A stretch of 56,514 nucleotides of DNA. It comes from Candidatus Sumerlaeaceae bacterium (GTDB lineage: Bacteria > Sumerlaeota > Sumerlaeia > Sumerlaeales > Sumerlaeaceae). The notes below the pieces were generated by a model. The model was given only the letters and a program-made list of their open reading frames with translations, did not search any database and was not told where the DNA came from. A program made the position numbers and the translations under genes. The DNA is taken from NCBI GenBank assembly GCA_051003195.1, contig JBPCLP010000004.1:1-56514 (forward strand). Reading direction: 5' to 3'. Positions 1-10,645 of this stretch are shown here, in pieces; positions within the stretch are counted from its first letter, which is position 1, and each line of letters starts with the position of its first letter.

Positions 1-161
1 ATGAAGCAAAGGTTTCCGGGGGTGCGGCTGGCGGGGAGGCGGGAAGGTGTTGGTGGGGGATCAGGGGCGCGTTTCGCGATGAGGGGCGCTTTTGGGTGCG
101 GCACGTGGGGAAGCACAAAAAGGCGTCCCTATCACGAGCCACCCCCGACGCTACCTTCTTT

Positions 162-177
162 CGGCGTGGAGCTTGCT
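162..177 (+). promoter_or_regulatory. Putative sigma54 (-24/-12) promoter
   Basis: CGGCGT-GGAGC-TTGCT gives GG-N10-GC spacing, 37 nt upstream of ATG 214. Confidence 0.45.
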
Positions 178-213
178 CGCAATAGCGCTCTAAACTCCAC
201 TCGAGGTGAACGA

Positions 214-1788
214 ATGTCCACGAACAGCCCTGCCCCAACCGGTCCCGCCAACCAGGATTCCGGCAACACCACCTCGGTGTGGATGCAAACCGCAACCCTG
301 CCTACGCCCGCGCCGCTCAGCGGCACCGTGTCGGCCGAGGTGTGCATCATCGGTGCCGGAATTGCCGGCCTCACGACCGCCTATCTGCTCGCAAAGCAGG
401 GAAAACAGGTGGTCGTCGTCGATGACGGACCACTTGCCGGCGGCGAGACGTGCCGCACGACCGCCCACCTCGCCAGCGCGCTGGATGACCGCTACTTCGA
501 GATCGAGCGCCTGCACGGTGCACAGGGATCAAAGCTCGCCTACCAGAGCCACTCCGCCGCGATCGATCGCATCGAGCGCATCGTTCGCGAAGAGGGCATC
601 AACTGCGAGTTCACGCGGCTGGATGGCTACCTGTTCCTCGGCCCGGATCACGACGCCGATCTGCTCGAGACCGAAATGAAAGCCGCGCACCACGCAGGCC
701 ACGTCATGGTGGAGCTCATGAATCATCCGCCGCTGACGTCCATCAGCACGCGCCCCTGCCTGCGCTTCCCCAACCAGGGTCAATTCCACCCCCTGCAATA
801 CCTCGCGGGCATCGCGGCAGCCGTTCAGCGCCTTGGCGGCAGGCTGTACACCGGCGCGCATGTGGAACAGGTCAGGGGTGACGACGCGGGCGTGACTGTC
901 ACGACGAAACAGGGCGCGACGGTCCTGGCGCATTCTGCCGTCGTCGCCACCAACAGCCCGATCACCAGCTTTGTGTCGATTCACACCAAGCAGGCGGCCT
1001 ATCGCACGTACGTGGTCGGCATCCAAGTGCCCGCAGGCAGCGTGCCGCGCGCACTCTACTGGGACACGGGCGATCCCTACCACTACGTCCGGCTGCAACA
1101 CTCCAGCGAGACGCAGGCGCGCGGGTACGATCTTTTGATCGTGGGCGGCGAAGACCACAAGACCGGCCAGGCGCACGATATGGATGACCGGTTCGCGGCA
1201 CTGGAGGCATGGGCGCGCGAGCATTTCGCGGACGTGAAGGATGTTGAGTTCCGCTGGAGCGGCCAGGTGATGGAGACAGACGACGGCCTCGCATTTATAG
1301 GGCGGGATCCGGCGCACCAGCCGAACGTCTACATCGCGACCGGCGACAGCGGCATGGGTATGACGCACGGGACCATTGCGGGAATGCTGATCTCCGATCT
1401 GATCCTCGGAAACCCGAACGAGTGGGAGAAGCTGTACGACCCCACGCGCAAGCGCGTGCACCCCAGTGCGCTGGGCACCTGGCTGAAGGAAAACCTGAAT
1501 GTCGCGAAGCAATATGCGGACTACGTGACCGGCCCCGATATGGAGGATGTGATGCTGATCCACCCCGGTGAGGGTGCGATCATGCGGCGCGGCGCAAAAA
1601 AGGTGGCGGTGTATCGCGACCCGATGGGTGGCCTGCACGAGATGAGCGCGGTATGCACGCACCTCGGTTGCATCGTGCAGTGGAACAGCACCGAGAAAAG
1701 CTGGGACTGCCCCTGCCATGGCTCCCGGTTCGGCGCGGACGGCCATGTGCTCAACGGCCCCGCCATCAAAGGACTGGAGTCGAAGTAG
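214..1788 (+). CDS. FAD-dependent oxidoreductase with C-terminal Rieske [2Fe-2S] domain (YhfW-like)
   Basis: GAGIAG FAD motif; Rieske motifs CTHLGC and CPCHGS; start placed at ATG 214 after GAGGTG RBS. Confidence 0.9.
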   Translation: MSTNSPAPTGPANQDSGNTTSVWMQTATLPTPAPLSGTVSAEVCIIGAGIAGLTTAYLLAKQGKQVVVVDDGPLAGGETCRTTAHLASALDDRYFEIERLHGAQGSKLAYQSHSAAIDRIERIVREEGINCEFTRLDGYLFLGPDHDADLLETEMKAAHHAGHVMVELMNHPPLTSISTRPCLRFPNQGQFHPLQYLAGIAAAVQRLGGRLYTGAHVEQVRGDDAGVTVTTKQGATVLAHSAVVATNSPITSFVSIHTKQAAYRTYVVGIQVPAGSVPRALYWDTGDPYHYVRLQHSSETQARGYDLLIVGGEDHKTGQAHDMDDRFAALEAWAREHFADVKDVEFRWSGQVMETDDGLAFIGRDPAHQPNVYIATGDSGMGMTHGTIAGMLISDLILGNPNEWEKLYDPTRKRVHPSALGTWLKENLNVAKQYADYVTGPDMEDVMLIHPGEGAIMRRGAKKVAVYRDPMGGLHEMSAVCTHLGCIVQWNSTEKSWDCPCHGSRFGADGHVLNGPAIKGLESK

Positions 1789-1872
1789 GGTGTGGCCAGG
1801 GTCCACGACAAAGAAATCAAGCAGTACGAAAGCCAGCAGCACCGCATCACGTAAGAAATAACAAACTACTCG

Positions 1873-2859
1873 TTAGCTGGGAAAACGCGGCATCAGGTCG
1901 GCGCTGGTGAAAATCCCGGCGATCCCCTGCTGCTTCAACCAGAAGCCGGTGTTCATGTAGCCAAGCGCCGGGCCGTTTACGTTCGCGGCCATGCTGGTCT
2001 CGTCGCCAAGCGTGAAGGTGTGGGTGCTGCGCTTACCCTCGAAGGTGACGCCGGTAACTTTGACGCTCGTACTGACAGGCTTCGTCGGGTTGCGGGTATC
2101 CACCAGGCCGCCGACTTTGACGCGCCCACGCGGAACAACCCCGGCGACTTCGAGCATCACATCGTCGGCGTGCTCCATGTTGACAAGCTCGAGCAGCCCA
2201 TTGCGGCGGTCGAGTTCGATCTCGATCTCGGCATCGGACATCGCCGCCACCTTGTTGACGTCAAAACCGGCAAGGTGCGCGATGTCTTCGCGGATGGTCG
2301 CGCGGTAGGCATCCCAGTTGCCGATGCCGACGCCGAACCAGATGGTGACGTCTTCGACTTCGACGAAGCTTTGCGCGGCCAGGGCCGCAACGGCGGTAAG
2401 TAATCCCGGCGTGGCCCCGCACCCGGTGATGTAGGTGATGCCCGCGGCGGCAAGTGCCTCGCGCCGTTGCAGCACCATCTCGACGGCCGTAGTGCGCTTC
2501 AGCGCATCGACGATGACGCCCTTGTAGCCACTGGCGATGATACGGTCGATGGTTTCTGGTATGAACTCGTTCGGCAGATTCGGCAGTGCGAAGAAGATGC
2601 CGTCGATGTCGGCGTGGTTCTGAAGCAGGTGATTTATGGGTTCGCTGGAATGGACGCCGATCTCGAGCAGGGCAGCGACACTGTTGCCGGGCGGAATCGC
2701 GTCGATCTCCTCGTGCGAGATGCCGCTGCTGCGGAATGCGCAGCCTTCGGTGTCGCAGATGGCGACGAGCCGCATCGATTTTTTGTGGCTAAGCAGCCGG
2801 GCCATGTTGCGGCCCAGCCCACCGGCACCGAGTACTGCAACCTGCTTCACATCGCGCAT
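1873..2859 (-). CDS. bioU: BioU-like biotin biosynthesis dehydrogenase (BioA replacement)
   Basis: Rossmann GAGGLG; VDALKRT, GCGATPGLLT, GVGIGNWDAYRATIREDIAHL, MEHADD and TSMAANV match the BioU family as I recall it. Confidence 0.85.
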   Translation of the reverse strand: MRDVKQVAVLGAGGLGRNMARLLSHKKSMRLVAICDTEGCAFRSSGISHEEIDAIPPGNSVAALLEIGVHSSEPINHLLQNHADIDGIFFALPNLPNEFIPETIDRIIASGYKGVIVDALKRTTAVEMVLQRREALAAAGITYITGCGATPGLLTAVAALAAQSFVEVEDVTIWFGVGIGNWDAYRATIREDIAHLAGFDVNKVAAMSDAEIEIELDRRNGLLELVNMEHADDVMLEVAGVVPRGRVKVGGLVDTRNPTKPVSTSVKVTGVTFEGKRSTHTFTLGDETSMAANVNGPALGYMNTGFWLKQQGIAGIFTSADLMPRFPS

Positions 2860-2974
2860 CTGTAAATCCTTACCGTGGCGTTTGCGGCAGTGCAGGGATT
2901 CGGATGTCCGGTTTCAAGGAAAAGACGAATGGGGTTATCCGAGGAGCGACGCACGTAGGTTACATTGCCGGGAT

Positions 2975-4231
2975 CTAAGTTTCGTCCGTGGTAAACTGCA
3001 GGAGATCCGCCAGCGGTTGGCGGCCGTCGTGGGTCCAGCCGAGGGGTGGCTTTTGCATCTCGCCGAGCGAACAGATGCGGTCAACGCGCAGGTCGTCGGC
3101 TATCGCCCGCCACTCCCCTGCCGTGCCCGTGACACCCAGTGTGGAAATGATGCCGCGGTACGGAGCTAGCGCAGCTTGAAGTTCGGCGATGTCTCGAAAC
3201 ACACGAAGATCGGCGAAGCGGTTGACGCTGCCGGGCTGATACATGGCAATGGGTCGAACGGTTGCAACAAATCGATCCCCCGCCGTCGACCAGAGCTCGG
3301 TGGTCTCATCGAGCGCGGTTTCGATCATGGCCTCGTTTCGTTCGCGTGCAAGCGCTGCGGACTGGGCCAAATCTTTGGGGCCGGGAGGCAGTTGCTGCTC
3401 GAGCGACCGCATTTCGGAAACAAAGGTTTCGCGAAAACGGGACAACGTGCCTGAATCGCACGCCTCGATGAACGCCGCGCGCGGTGACAGGCAGCCCTGC
3501 TGGTCGTACACGCTGAAGTCGTAGGCGAGCCGAGCGGCGATGTCCGCGGGATTTTCACGCAGTGCTTCGGCGGAAACCAGTGCGAAGCTGACTTTGGTTC
3601 CATGGGGAATAAACGGCACCCGAATGGGGGTAAGCGCACGAACCGCGGCAACGGAATCGTCGGATCCAAATGCGATTACCGCATCGCTGGCCGAGCACGC
3701 GGCGGCCGTGGATTCTGCGTTTTCGGTCGGCCAGTGCGTCACGTGAATGGCATCTCCCCAGAGCGGAAAGACCTGGTGAACGGCCTTCTGCCAGAGCGCA
3801 GGATAAACCAGGTCAGCGGACGAGCACCGCACCAGGCTTGCCGCACCCGCGAGCATCGCGGTCGTGATACTCTCGATGCCCGAGACGAACAGGTTTCCGG
3901 CGAGTACATGGAAGATCAGCTCGGGGCACCGTAACATGCCATTCGCAGGAAGGCAGCGATCGCGGTGGTGTTTCAGTGCTTCGGCACTAAGCGGCTTCAA
4001 CGCGATTGTGAGTGCCTCGCCGACCATCTCCGGCGAAAAGCCAACACTCGGAGCCGCCTCGAGAAAGCGATGATGGATCGGCTGATTGGGATCGGCGACC
4101 AGGGCCGCGACGGCGGCTAGCACCTCGGGAGCTACGCGCCATAGTTCGGCGTTGTTTGCCGTTGCGTGCTTGCGAAGTGCGACAAGCGTTGGAGTGAGGG
4201 AATGCTGGTCCACATCGGCATACAGGGACAC
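2975..4231 (-). CDS. Acyl-CoA reductase (LuxC family)
   Basis: HVLAGN, VIAFGSD, YDQQGCLSP (catalytic Cys) and C-terminal GEMQKPPLGWTHDG. Confidence 0.8.
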   Translation of the reverse strand: MSLYADVDQHSLTPTLVALRKHATANNAELWRVAPEVLAAVAALVADPNQPIHHRFLEAAPSVGFSPEMVGEALTIALKPLSAEALKHHRDRCLPANGMLRCPELIFHVLAGNLFVSGIESITTAMLAGAASLVRCSSADLVYPALWQKAVHQVFPLWGDAIHVTHWPTENAESTAAACSASDAVIAFGSDDSVAAVRALTPIRVPFIPHGTKVSFALVSAEALRENPADIAARLAYDFSVYDQQGCLSPRAAFIEACDSGTLSRFRETFVSEMRSLEQQLPPGPKDLAQSAALARERNEAMIETALDETTELWSTAGDRFVATVRPIAMYQPGSVNRFADLRVFRDIAELQAALAPYRGIISTLGVTGTAGEWRAIADDLRVDRICSLGEMQKPPLGWTHDGRQPLADLLQFTTDET

Positions 4232-4395
4232 CCAGGTGCAGCGGTCGAGGAAATTAAAAAAAGCGGCAGCAGGTGCGGGGTATCCTTCCTTCTACGTTTT
4301 CGGTTGCGAATGCCGCCACCGGATCGCCCACAATGGATTGGAATTATTGCATGGTTAGTGTGTTGGATCGATGTGCACAGGAGAGATTGCATAGC

Positions 4396-5052
4396 ATGTT
4401 CACGGGACTTGTTGAGGAGATAGGGACAATCACTTCGCTGCGCCCGCAGAAAGAGAGCGTGGAACTGCAGGTGCAGTGTCACGATGTGCTGCGCGGTGTA
4501 AACGGCGGTGATAGCATTGCCGTGGATGGGATCTGCCTCACCGTCACGCAGTTCGGGAAAAGCGCGTTTACGACCTTTGCCAGCGCCGAAACGCTGCGCC
4601 GCACCAACCTTGTGTGCAAGCAGGTCGGACATCGTGTGAACCTGGAACGGCCCCTGACACTCGAGAAGCGCCTGGGCGGACACCTCGTCCAGGGGCACGT
4701 GGATGGCGTCGGCACCGTGGTCGGTATCCAGAAAGAGGGCGACGGCCAGATGTGGCGGTTTTCCATTGGAGAAGGTCTTTCCAGATACCTGGTATCCAAA
4801 GGCTCCATCACGGTGGATGGCATCAGCTTGACGGTCGTGGAAGCGGGGGCGGATTACTTTACGGTGGCCGTCGTCCCGAAAACGATTTCAGCGACGACGT
4901 TTCAGTTCCGGCGGGTCGGGGATGTCGTGAACCTCGAGATCGACATCCTCGGTAAATACGTGTACAAGTATTTGCACCCGGCAGAAGAAGAGCCGAGCGA
5001 GCCACAGCGCTCCATCGTTGTCGACCTGCTACAGCAGAGGATGGGCTCGTGA
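4396..5052 (+). CDS. ribE: Riboflavin synthase
   Basis: N-terminal MFTGLVEE; GDSIAVDGICLTV; GGHLVQGHVDG; VNLEID. Confidence 0.95.
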   Translation: MFTGLVEEIGTITSLRPQKESVELQVQCHDVLRGVNGGDSIAVDGICLTVTQFGKSAFTTFASAETLRRTNLVCKQVGHRVNLERPLTLEKRLGGHLVQGHVDGVGTVVGIQKEGDGQMWRFSIGEGLSRYLVSKGSITVDGISLTVVEAGADYFTVAVVPKTISATTFQFRRVGDVVNLEIDILGKYVYKYLHPAEEEPSEPQRSIVVDLLQQRMGS

Positions 5053-5086
5053 ACTGCGCACTAAATTCGTCCATGATTCCGGGCCT

Positions 5087-6307
5087 GTGAGTATCGTCAG
5101 CTCGATTGATGAGGCGATTTCGGATTACCGCGAAGGCAAAATGCTCGTGCTGGTGGACGATGAGAAGCGCGAGAACGAGGGCGACCTGGTTTTCGCAGCC
5201 GCGCATGTTACGCCGGAAAAAATAAATTTCCTCCTGAAGTTTGGCCGCGGGCTTGTATGCCTTGCGGCGCCAGAGCCGCGCCTGCGGCAACTGGACCTGA
5301 AGCCATTGGCGAGTACAAACTCGACGCGATTCGGGACGAATTTCTACGAGATGATTGACGCTGTGGATGGCACCACGACCGGTGTGTCTGCGTACGACCA
5401 GGCGCTCACAATTCAGCAGTTCGTTCGCGACGATGCAAAGGCGTCGGATTTCGCACGGCCGGGCCACGTGCATACGCTCGGAGCCCGCGAGGGTGGCGTG
5501 CTGGTGCGCGCAGGACACACCGAGGGCATTGTAGACCTGGCCAGGCTGGCGGGTCTGCCGCCGTACGGCGTGTTGTGCGAAATCATGAATGACGACGGCA
5601 GCATGGCGCGCCTGCCGGAGCTGAAAACGTTCGCGACGCAACACGAGCTGAAAATCGTTTCGATCCAGGACCTGATTGAGCACCGGCACCGAAATGAGAA
5701 ACTTGTGCATGCCGTTGTGCAGGTACCTGTCCCAAATGAATATGGCACCTGGGATGTGACCTACTACGAAGCTTTCAACGGCGAGGCACACGTGGTGTGG
5801 AGCATGGGCGATTTGCAGGCAGCGGGCAGCAGCGAAAAAGGTGCGCTGGTACGCGTGCATTCGCAATGTTTCACCGGCGACACCCTGGGCTCGTATCGCT
5901 GCGATTGCGGTCCACAATTACAGGCGGCAATGGAGAAGATCGCGCAGGAGGGCACCGGCGCAATCGTGTACCTTCACCAGGAGGGCCGCGGCATCGGCCT
6001 CAAGTACAAGTTGCTGGCGTACAAAAAGCAGGACGAAGGCATGGACACCGTGGAAGCGAACCACGCGCTTGGCTTTAAGGCGGACCTGCGCGAGTACGGT
6101 ATCGGGGCTCAGATCCTCGCCGACCTCGGGTTACATCGCGTTCGCCTGATGACAAACAACCCGAAGAAAATAGTGGGCATCGAGGCATTCGGCCTGGAAA
6201 TTGTCGACCGCGTCCCGCTGGAAGTCGGTCGCCACCGGCACAACACCGACTACATGGACGTTAAGCGCGAAAAGATGGGCCACCTGCTGAGCGAGATACA
6301 CGACTGA
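5087..6307 (+). CDS. ribBA: Bifunctional DHBP synthase / GTP cyclohydrolase II
   Basis: DDEKRENEGD, RAGHTEG, RVHSQCFTGD, RCDCG, QEGRGIG, TNNPKK; GTG start inferred. Confidence 0.95.
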   Translation: MSIVSSIDEAISDYREGKMLVLVDDEKRENEGDLVFAAAHVTPEKINFLLKFGRGLVCLAAPEPRLRQLDLKPLASTNSTRFGTNFYEMIDAVDGTTTGVSAYDQALTIQQFVRDDAKASDFARPGHVHTLGAREGGVLVRAGHTEGIVDLARLAGLPPYGVLCEIMNDDGSMARLPELKTFATQHELKIVSIQDLIEHRHRNEKLVHAVVQVPVPNEYGTWDVTYYEAFNGEAHVVWSMGDLQAAGSSEKGALVRVHSQCFTGDTLGSYRCDCGPQLQAAMEKIAQEGTGAIVYLHQEGRGIGLKYKLLAYKKQDEGMDTVEANHALGFKADLREYGIGAQILADLGLHRVRLMTNNPKKIVGIEAFGLEIVDRVPLEVGRHRHNTDYMDVKREKMGHLLSEIHD

Positions 6308-6328
6308 TCCAACTGGTATGTGCAGTTC

Positions 6329-6646
6329 TCAGCGCCTGCTGTTGAGGAAATGCGTCATCCTGTTGGAATGTGGCTCGCCGACCGGCGCCGCCTGTTCACT
6401 GCACTCGGTGCCGGACGTGTCGGGAAACTCACGAATGCAGTCCGCAATGGTGCGGAGGTAGTTCGTTAACACGCGGTTCGAGGACTCCCCTGCTTTGCGC
6501 TGCAGCAGATCGAAAATGGCCGTGCGCAGTTCCGCCGAAGCACTTCTGGGAACGTACAGCCCCAGCAGCGCCTCAACACTCATTCGAACCGCCCTCAGGT
6601 CCTGCTCTGCCAACGCAATTTCGAAACGACTAAGAATTTCCTGCAA
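6329..6646 (-). CDS. Hypothetical protein
   Basis: 105-aa ORF filling the gap between ribBA and the sulfatase; no motif recognised. Confidence 0.4.
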   Translation of the reverse strand: MQEILSRFEIALAEQDLRAVRMSVEALLGLYVPRSASAELRTAIFDLLQRKAGESSNRVLTNYLRTIADCIREFPDTSGTECSEQAAPVGEPHSNRMTHFLNSRR

Positions 6647-6796
6647 TGAAAATGCTCCAAAGTTTCAACGGTCATCGCCTAGGAAGCAATTTTCGGTCCA
6701 GAACACACAGCATTTAATGAACGTACTGCCTTGCTTTTAGGAAGTTTATATCCGAGAGATGGAACTTTTACTGGAAGTAGACTGTGTGCCTGGCAG

Positions 6797-8254
6797 CTAT
6801 TCGTCCAGTAAGTCGACAGTTTCAGTAGTCATTTGGTCGCGCCGCAGCACCTTCTTGCGCGCTTTCTTACCCCCCGCACGGCCTGGTTCTGTTTTCGTTG
6901 GTTGCTGCGCTTTGCGGGCCTGCCGCGAATCATGCCACTGGGGTTCCATATTGCCAGCATTCCACGTATCGTAGGCGGCCTGCAATTCTTTTGCCTTGTC
7001 CGCCATCGACGCCATCAAATCCTTTTTCTCAGCGACGTCCTCGGCCAGATTGAAAAGTTTTGGTGCCTCGGCTCTCGATTTTACAAGTTTCCAGTCCCCT
7101 GAGCGGACGGCGTATTGGGGGCCAAAACGCCAGAACAGCTGTTCGTGCGGCTTACCTTTCCTGTCGCCCTTGAGGTACGGCAGCAGGTTCACGCCCTCGA
7201 TTTTGGAATCGAGGGTGGCTGAGGTTCCGATTGCGGCCACTACCGTAGGCAGCACGTCGAGCGTGATCACCGGCTTATCATAAACTTTTCCCGGCGGTAG
7301 TTGAGCAGGCCACCGCACGATCATTGGAACCCGAACGCCACCTTCCAGCGTCTGGCCTTTGAAGCCACTCAGCGGATCGTTGCGCGAACCATTCCCCGCC
7401 GTCGGACCGCCGTTGTCCGAAATGTAAAAGATGAGCGTGTTGTTTTCCAGCCCATGCTCTTTCAACCGTCCAAGAATTTTTCCAACGCCTTCGTCCAGCG
7501 CTGCGAGCATGCTGGCCATCGTCCTTCGCTGCGGATCTTTAATATCGGCGAACTGTTCCGCCTGTCCCGGTGGCGCTTGAAGCGGTGAGTGGATCGCATT
7601 GTAGGCCAGGTAGAGAAAGAACGGTTTGTCTTTATGGCGATCGATGAAACTGGCCGCCTCGTCGTTGAATGCATGCGTTAAGTACGGCGGCGGATCGATT
7701 GGCTCATTGTTGCGGAAGACGGTTTTCTTGCTGGCTTTGCCTTGCTCAACCGGCACGTAGGAGTGCGCCCCGCCAAGGAATCCGTAGTACTCGTCGAAGC
7801 CTCGCTGAAGAGGACGACATTCGGGTCGCTGCCCGAGATGCCATTTGCCTATCGCACCGGTGGCGTAGCCGGCTTCCTTGAGGTAGTTCGCGAGAGTTTT
7901 CTGGTCCGTCGGCAACCCGAAATTATCTGCTGCCTGCGGTCCCGGGTTAAACTCGTGGCCAAAGCGCTGCTGGTATTTGCCCGTCATCAGTGCGGCGCGC
8001 GAGGGGCTGCACACCGGGCACGTGACATAGCCCTGGGTAAAGCGAACTCCGGTTTCGGCAAGGGAATCGATGTTCGGTGTCTTGATGTCCTTTGCGCCCT
8101 GCACACCAAGGTCGTGATATCCGTGGTCGTCTCCAATAATAACGATCACGTTGGGCCTGGGTTTTTCGCCGACGGGCTTTTTAGCCGAATGCGCGGCGGG
8201 CGCAGCAAAAAGTAGCAGGACAACGGCGAGATGAAATCGTGGAGATGCGAACAT
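6797..8254 (-). CDS. Sulfatase (formylglycine-dependent, Cys-type), secreted
   Basis: PNVIVIIGDD, CSPSRAALMTG, GKWHLG; signal-peptide-like N-terminus from ATG 8254. Confidence 0.92.
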   Translation of the reverse strand: MFASPRFHLAVVLLLFAAPAAHSAKKPVGEKPRPNVIVIIGDDHGYHDLGVQGAKDIKTPNIDSLAETGVRFTQGYVTCPVCSPSRAALMTGKYQQRFGHEFNPGPQAADNFGLPTDQKTLANYLKEAGYATGAIGKWHLGQRPECRPLQRGFDEYYGFLGGAHSYVPVEQGKASKKTVFRNNEPIDPPPYLTHAFNDEAASFIDRHKDKPFFLYLAYNAIHSPLQAPPGQAEQFADIKDPQRRTMASMLAALDEGVGKILGRLKEHGLENNTLIFYISDNGGPTAGNGSRNDPLSGFKGQTLEGGVRVPMIVRWPAQLPPGKVYDKPVITLDVLPTVVAAIGTSATLDSKIEGVNLLPYLKGDRKGKPHEQLFWRFGPQYAVRSGDWKLVKSRAEAPKLFNLAEDVAEKKDLMASMADKAKELQAAYDTWNAGNMEPQWHDSRQARKAQQPTKTEPGRAGGKKARKKVLRRDQMTTETVDLLDE

Positions 8255-8331
8255 GTACGTGCTTCCTTTCAAATAACGACAGTGGTAATGTTCGCGCGAG
8301 CGGGTTGAACCTGGAGGCGTGGAAACCGTTT

Positions 8332-10512
8332 TCAATCAGAACCTTGCGACGTTGCGCGGAAAAACTCCAACTGCACGGAAACAATCTTGCCCGAATACGT
8401 AAACTCGCGATGGTATTCGCCCACCGGTGCACCGGAATCGGTGCCGACATCGAGGCCTTCGGTGGGTGTGCTGACAAGAGGGCCTCCAAAGGACATTTTA
8501 CTCTCCGCGGTGTTGATGGCAAGTGTAGCTGCACCATCGCGGTTGAGCGATGCTGAGATGGTGACAGTGCCTGTTGTCGGAATAGGTGCGTCGCCTGGCA
8601 GATCTTTGATCTCACTGTTTCGGCGCACCGCAAAGTGAGCCATCCCGTCTTTGATATACAGCGAATAGCCCTGCTTCAGCCCTCCCTGGGCAACGATCAC
8701 TCCGTCTGAAACCTTTTGGTCGAGCAGCGCCGTAATACTGACGCCGCTGTCGTCAATGCTGGGCGCTTCATCACCGTCCAGCTTACCATTTTGCTTCAAG
8801 TTGAGCGCGCCCTTTGCGCCTTTACGTGTTTTCCAACCCCCCAGTGGCAGCACGTTGTTTTCGCGCGCATAATCATCCCATTGTTTTGCCATCTGTTGTG
8901 CCCGCTCAGTCAGGGAAGCCGCGAGATCATTCGTCTCGGCGCGGTCGACGTCCATATCGTAAAGTTCCCACGGGCTCCCCTCCTTTGATACGAGCTTCCA
9001 CTTGCCGTCTCGTACGGCGCGGTTGCTTTCGTGTTCCCAGAAGATAGGCTGCTTACGTGGCACGGGCTTGCCGTTGAAGGCGCTTACCAGGCTCACCCCG
9101 TTTGCTGGAGTCAGTGTGTTTCCGTTGTATGTTTTTGGATAGGCTGCACCGGCGATCTCCGCACATGTGGGAAGAATGTCGATCAGGTGCGACGGATCTG
9201 CAACCGCAGCGTCGCGGCGCGGCTGCGGAATTCCCTTCGGCCAGTGCACGATCAGCGGGGTCGCAATGCCCCCTTCATGCGTGAAATGCTTGTAGAAGCG
9301 GAATGGTGTGTTTGAGACGTTTGCCCAGTGCTCCCAGTAAGAAAGGTACGTATCCGCGGGACCGGGCATGACGCCGGGTCCTGAACGCACCGGACGCCCG
9401 TCACGTGTCTGCATTGGCGGCCAGATGGCTTTCTGCAGGTCATCGGGACCGAGTGGTTTGATCGGATCTTTCGGCACAGGCTTGGCACTCTCGTGGCCGA
9501 AATCCTCGGCGCATCCGCCGTTGTCCTGCATGAACATGATGACGGTGTTATCGAGTTGCCCCGACTGCGACAGATGCTGGACCAGGCGTCCAATGGCGGT
9601 GTCCATGCGGGTTATCATCGCCGCAAACACCTCCATGCAGCGTGCTTCCCAGTCCTTGTTCTCCACCTTGTCCCACGCCCCCGCTGTCGATGCAGGCGTT
9701 GTCACGTGATCCAGGAGACCCAGTTCTTTTTGGCGCTTTAACCGCGCCTGCCTTATCGCGTCGTACCCCGCATCGTACCGGCCCTTGTGCTTTGCCACTT
9801 CGTCCTCCGGTGCGTGCAGTGGCCAGTGAGCAGCGGTGAACGCGAGATACAAAAAAAACGGCTTATCAGGTGAGTCCTGCTTGTGCTGCTGCAGAAACGC
9901 AATCGAGTTATCCGCAAGTGCATCCGTGTAATAGTATTCTTTCGGGTGGTACTCGGGATCATTCAGAGGAGTGATGAAAGTGTTGCCCCGGCATAGCGTC
10001 GCCGGATCATAATAGCTGCCGGCGCCCTGGAGCGTGCCGTAGTATTTTTGAAATCCCCGCTGCAAGGGCCAGTCGCTCTTGTCCGATTTCTGCCCGGCGC
10101 GCGCGAGGTGCCATTTACCCGCCATATAGGTGCCGTATCCGTTGCTGCCCAGCAGTTCTGCGATCGTCACGCAGTTGCTTGTAAGTTGTTCCCTGTAGCC
10201 GGGATGGTCGGTCTTGTGAATCATGTGGCCCACACCCGCGTTGTGAGGATATTGGCCGGTCAGCAGCGCCGCGCGCGATGGGCAACAGCGTGCCATGTTG
10301 TAAAATTGCGTAAAGCGGACGCCCTGTTTCGCAAGCTTGTCCAAGTTCGGTGTCGGAATCTCACTTCCGAAACAGCCCAGGTCGGAATAACCGATATCAT
10401 CTCCCATGATAACGATTATGTTCGGGCGCCCTTTCGCAGCGGTTTGTGCCTCTGCAGAAACCCCGAGCGACAGAATAGAAGCGACCAGAGTAAAAATGTA
10501 GATGCGGGCCAT
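8332..10512 (-). CDS. Arylsulfatase with C-terminal beta-sandwich (LamG/ConA-like) extension, secreted
   Basis: PNIIVIMGDD, CCPSRAALLTG, GKWHL; extra ~150 aa (GVIVAQGG...GYSLYIKDG); signal peptide from ATG 10512. Confidence 0.9.
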   Translation of the reverse strand: MARIYIFTLVASILSLGVSAEAQTAAKGRPNIIVIMGDDIGYSDLGCFGSEIPTPNLDKLAKQGVRFTQFYNMARCCPSRAALLTGQYPHNAGVGHMIHKTDHPGYREQLTSNCVTIAELLGSNGYGTYMAGKWHLARAGQKSDKSDWPLQRGFQKYYGTLQGAGSYYDPATLCRGNTFITPLNDPEYHPKEYYYTDALADNSIAFLQQHKQDSPDKPFFLYLAFTAAHWPLHAPEDEVAKHKGRYDAGYDAIRQARLKRQKELGLLDHVTTPASTAGAWDKVENKDWEARCMEVFAAMITRMDTAIGRLVQHLSQSGQLDNTVIMFMQDNGGCAEDFGHESAKPVPKDPIKPLGPDDLQKAIWPPMQTRDGRPVRSGPGVMPGPADTYLSYWEHWANVSNTPFRFYKHFTHEGGIATPLIVHWPKGIPQPRRDAAVADPSHLIDILPTCAEIAGAAYPKTYNGNTLTPANGVSLVSAFNGKPVPRKQPIFWEHESNRAVRDGKWKLVSKEGSPWELYDMDVDRAETNDLAASLTERAQQMAKQWDDYARENNVLPLGGWKTRKGAKGALNLKQNGKLDGDEAPSIDDSGVSITALLDQKVSDGVIVAQGGLKQGYSLYIKDGMAHFAVRRNSEIKDLPGDAPIPTTGTVTISASLNRDGAATLAINTAESKMSFGGPLVSTPTEGLDVGTDSGAPVGEYHREFTYSGKIVSVQLEFFRATSQGSD

Positions 10513-10645
10513 CAGACAGAAAACCTCTACCAGGAATGAAAGCCCGGCAGATGCACCTGCTTCACGGTCTGCAGGCAAATGAAAAACCCGCGGGCGGTAC
10601 GGCTCCGCAGCCTTTTCGGTAGTCCATTCGGGTCCGCTCTTTCAG

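Noticed and set aside
4232..4395. FMN riboswitch upstream of ribE
   Set aside because: None of the conserved RFN motifs are recognisable.
2975..6307. lux-rib bioluminescence operon
   Set aside because: The luxC-like gene is divergent from the rib genes and luxA, luxB, luxD and luxE are absent.
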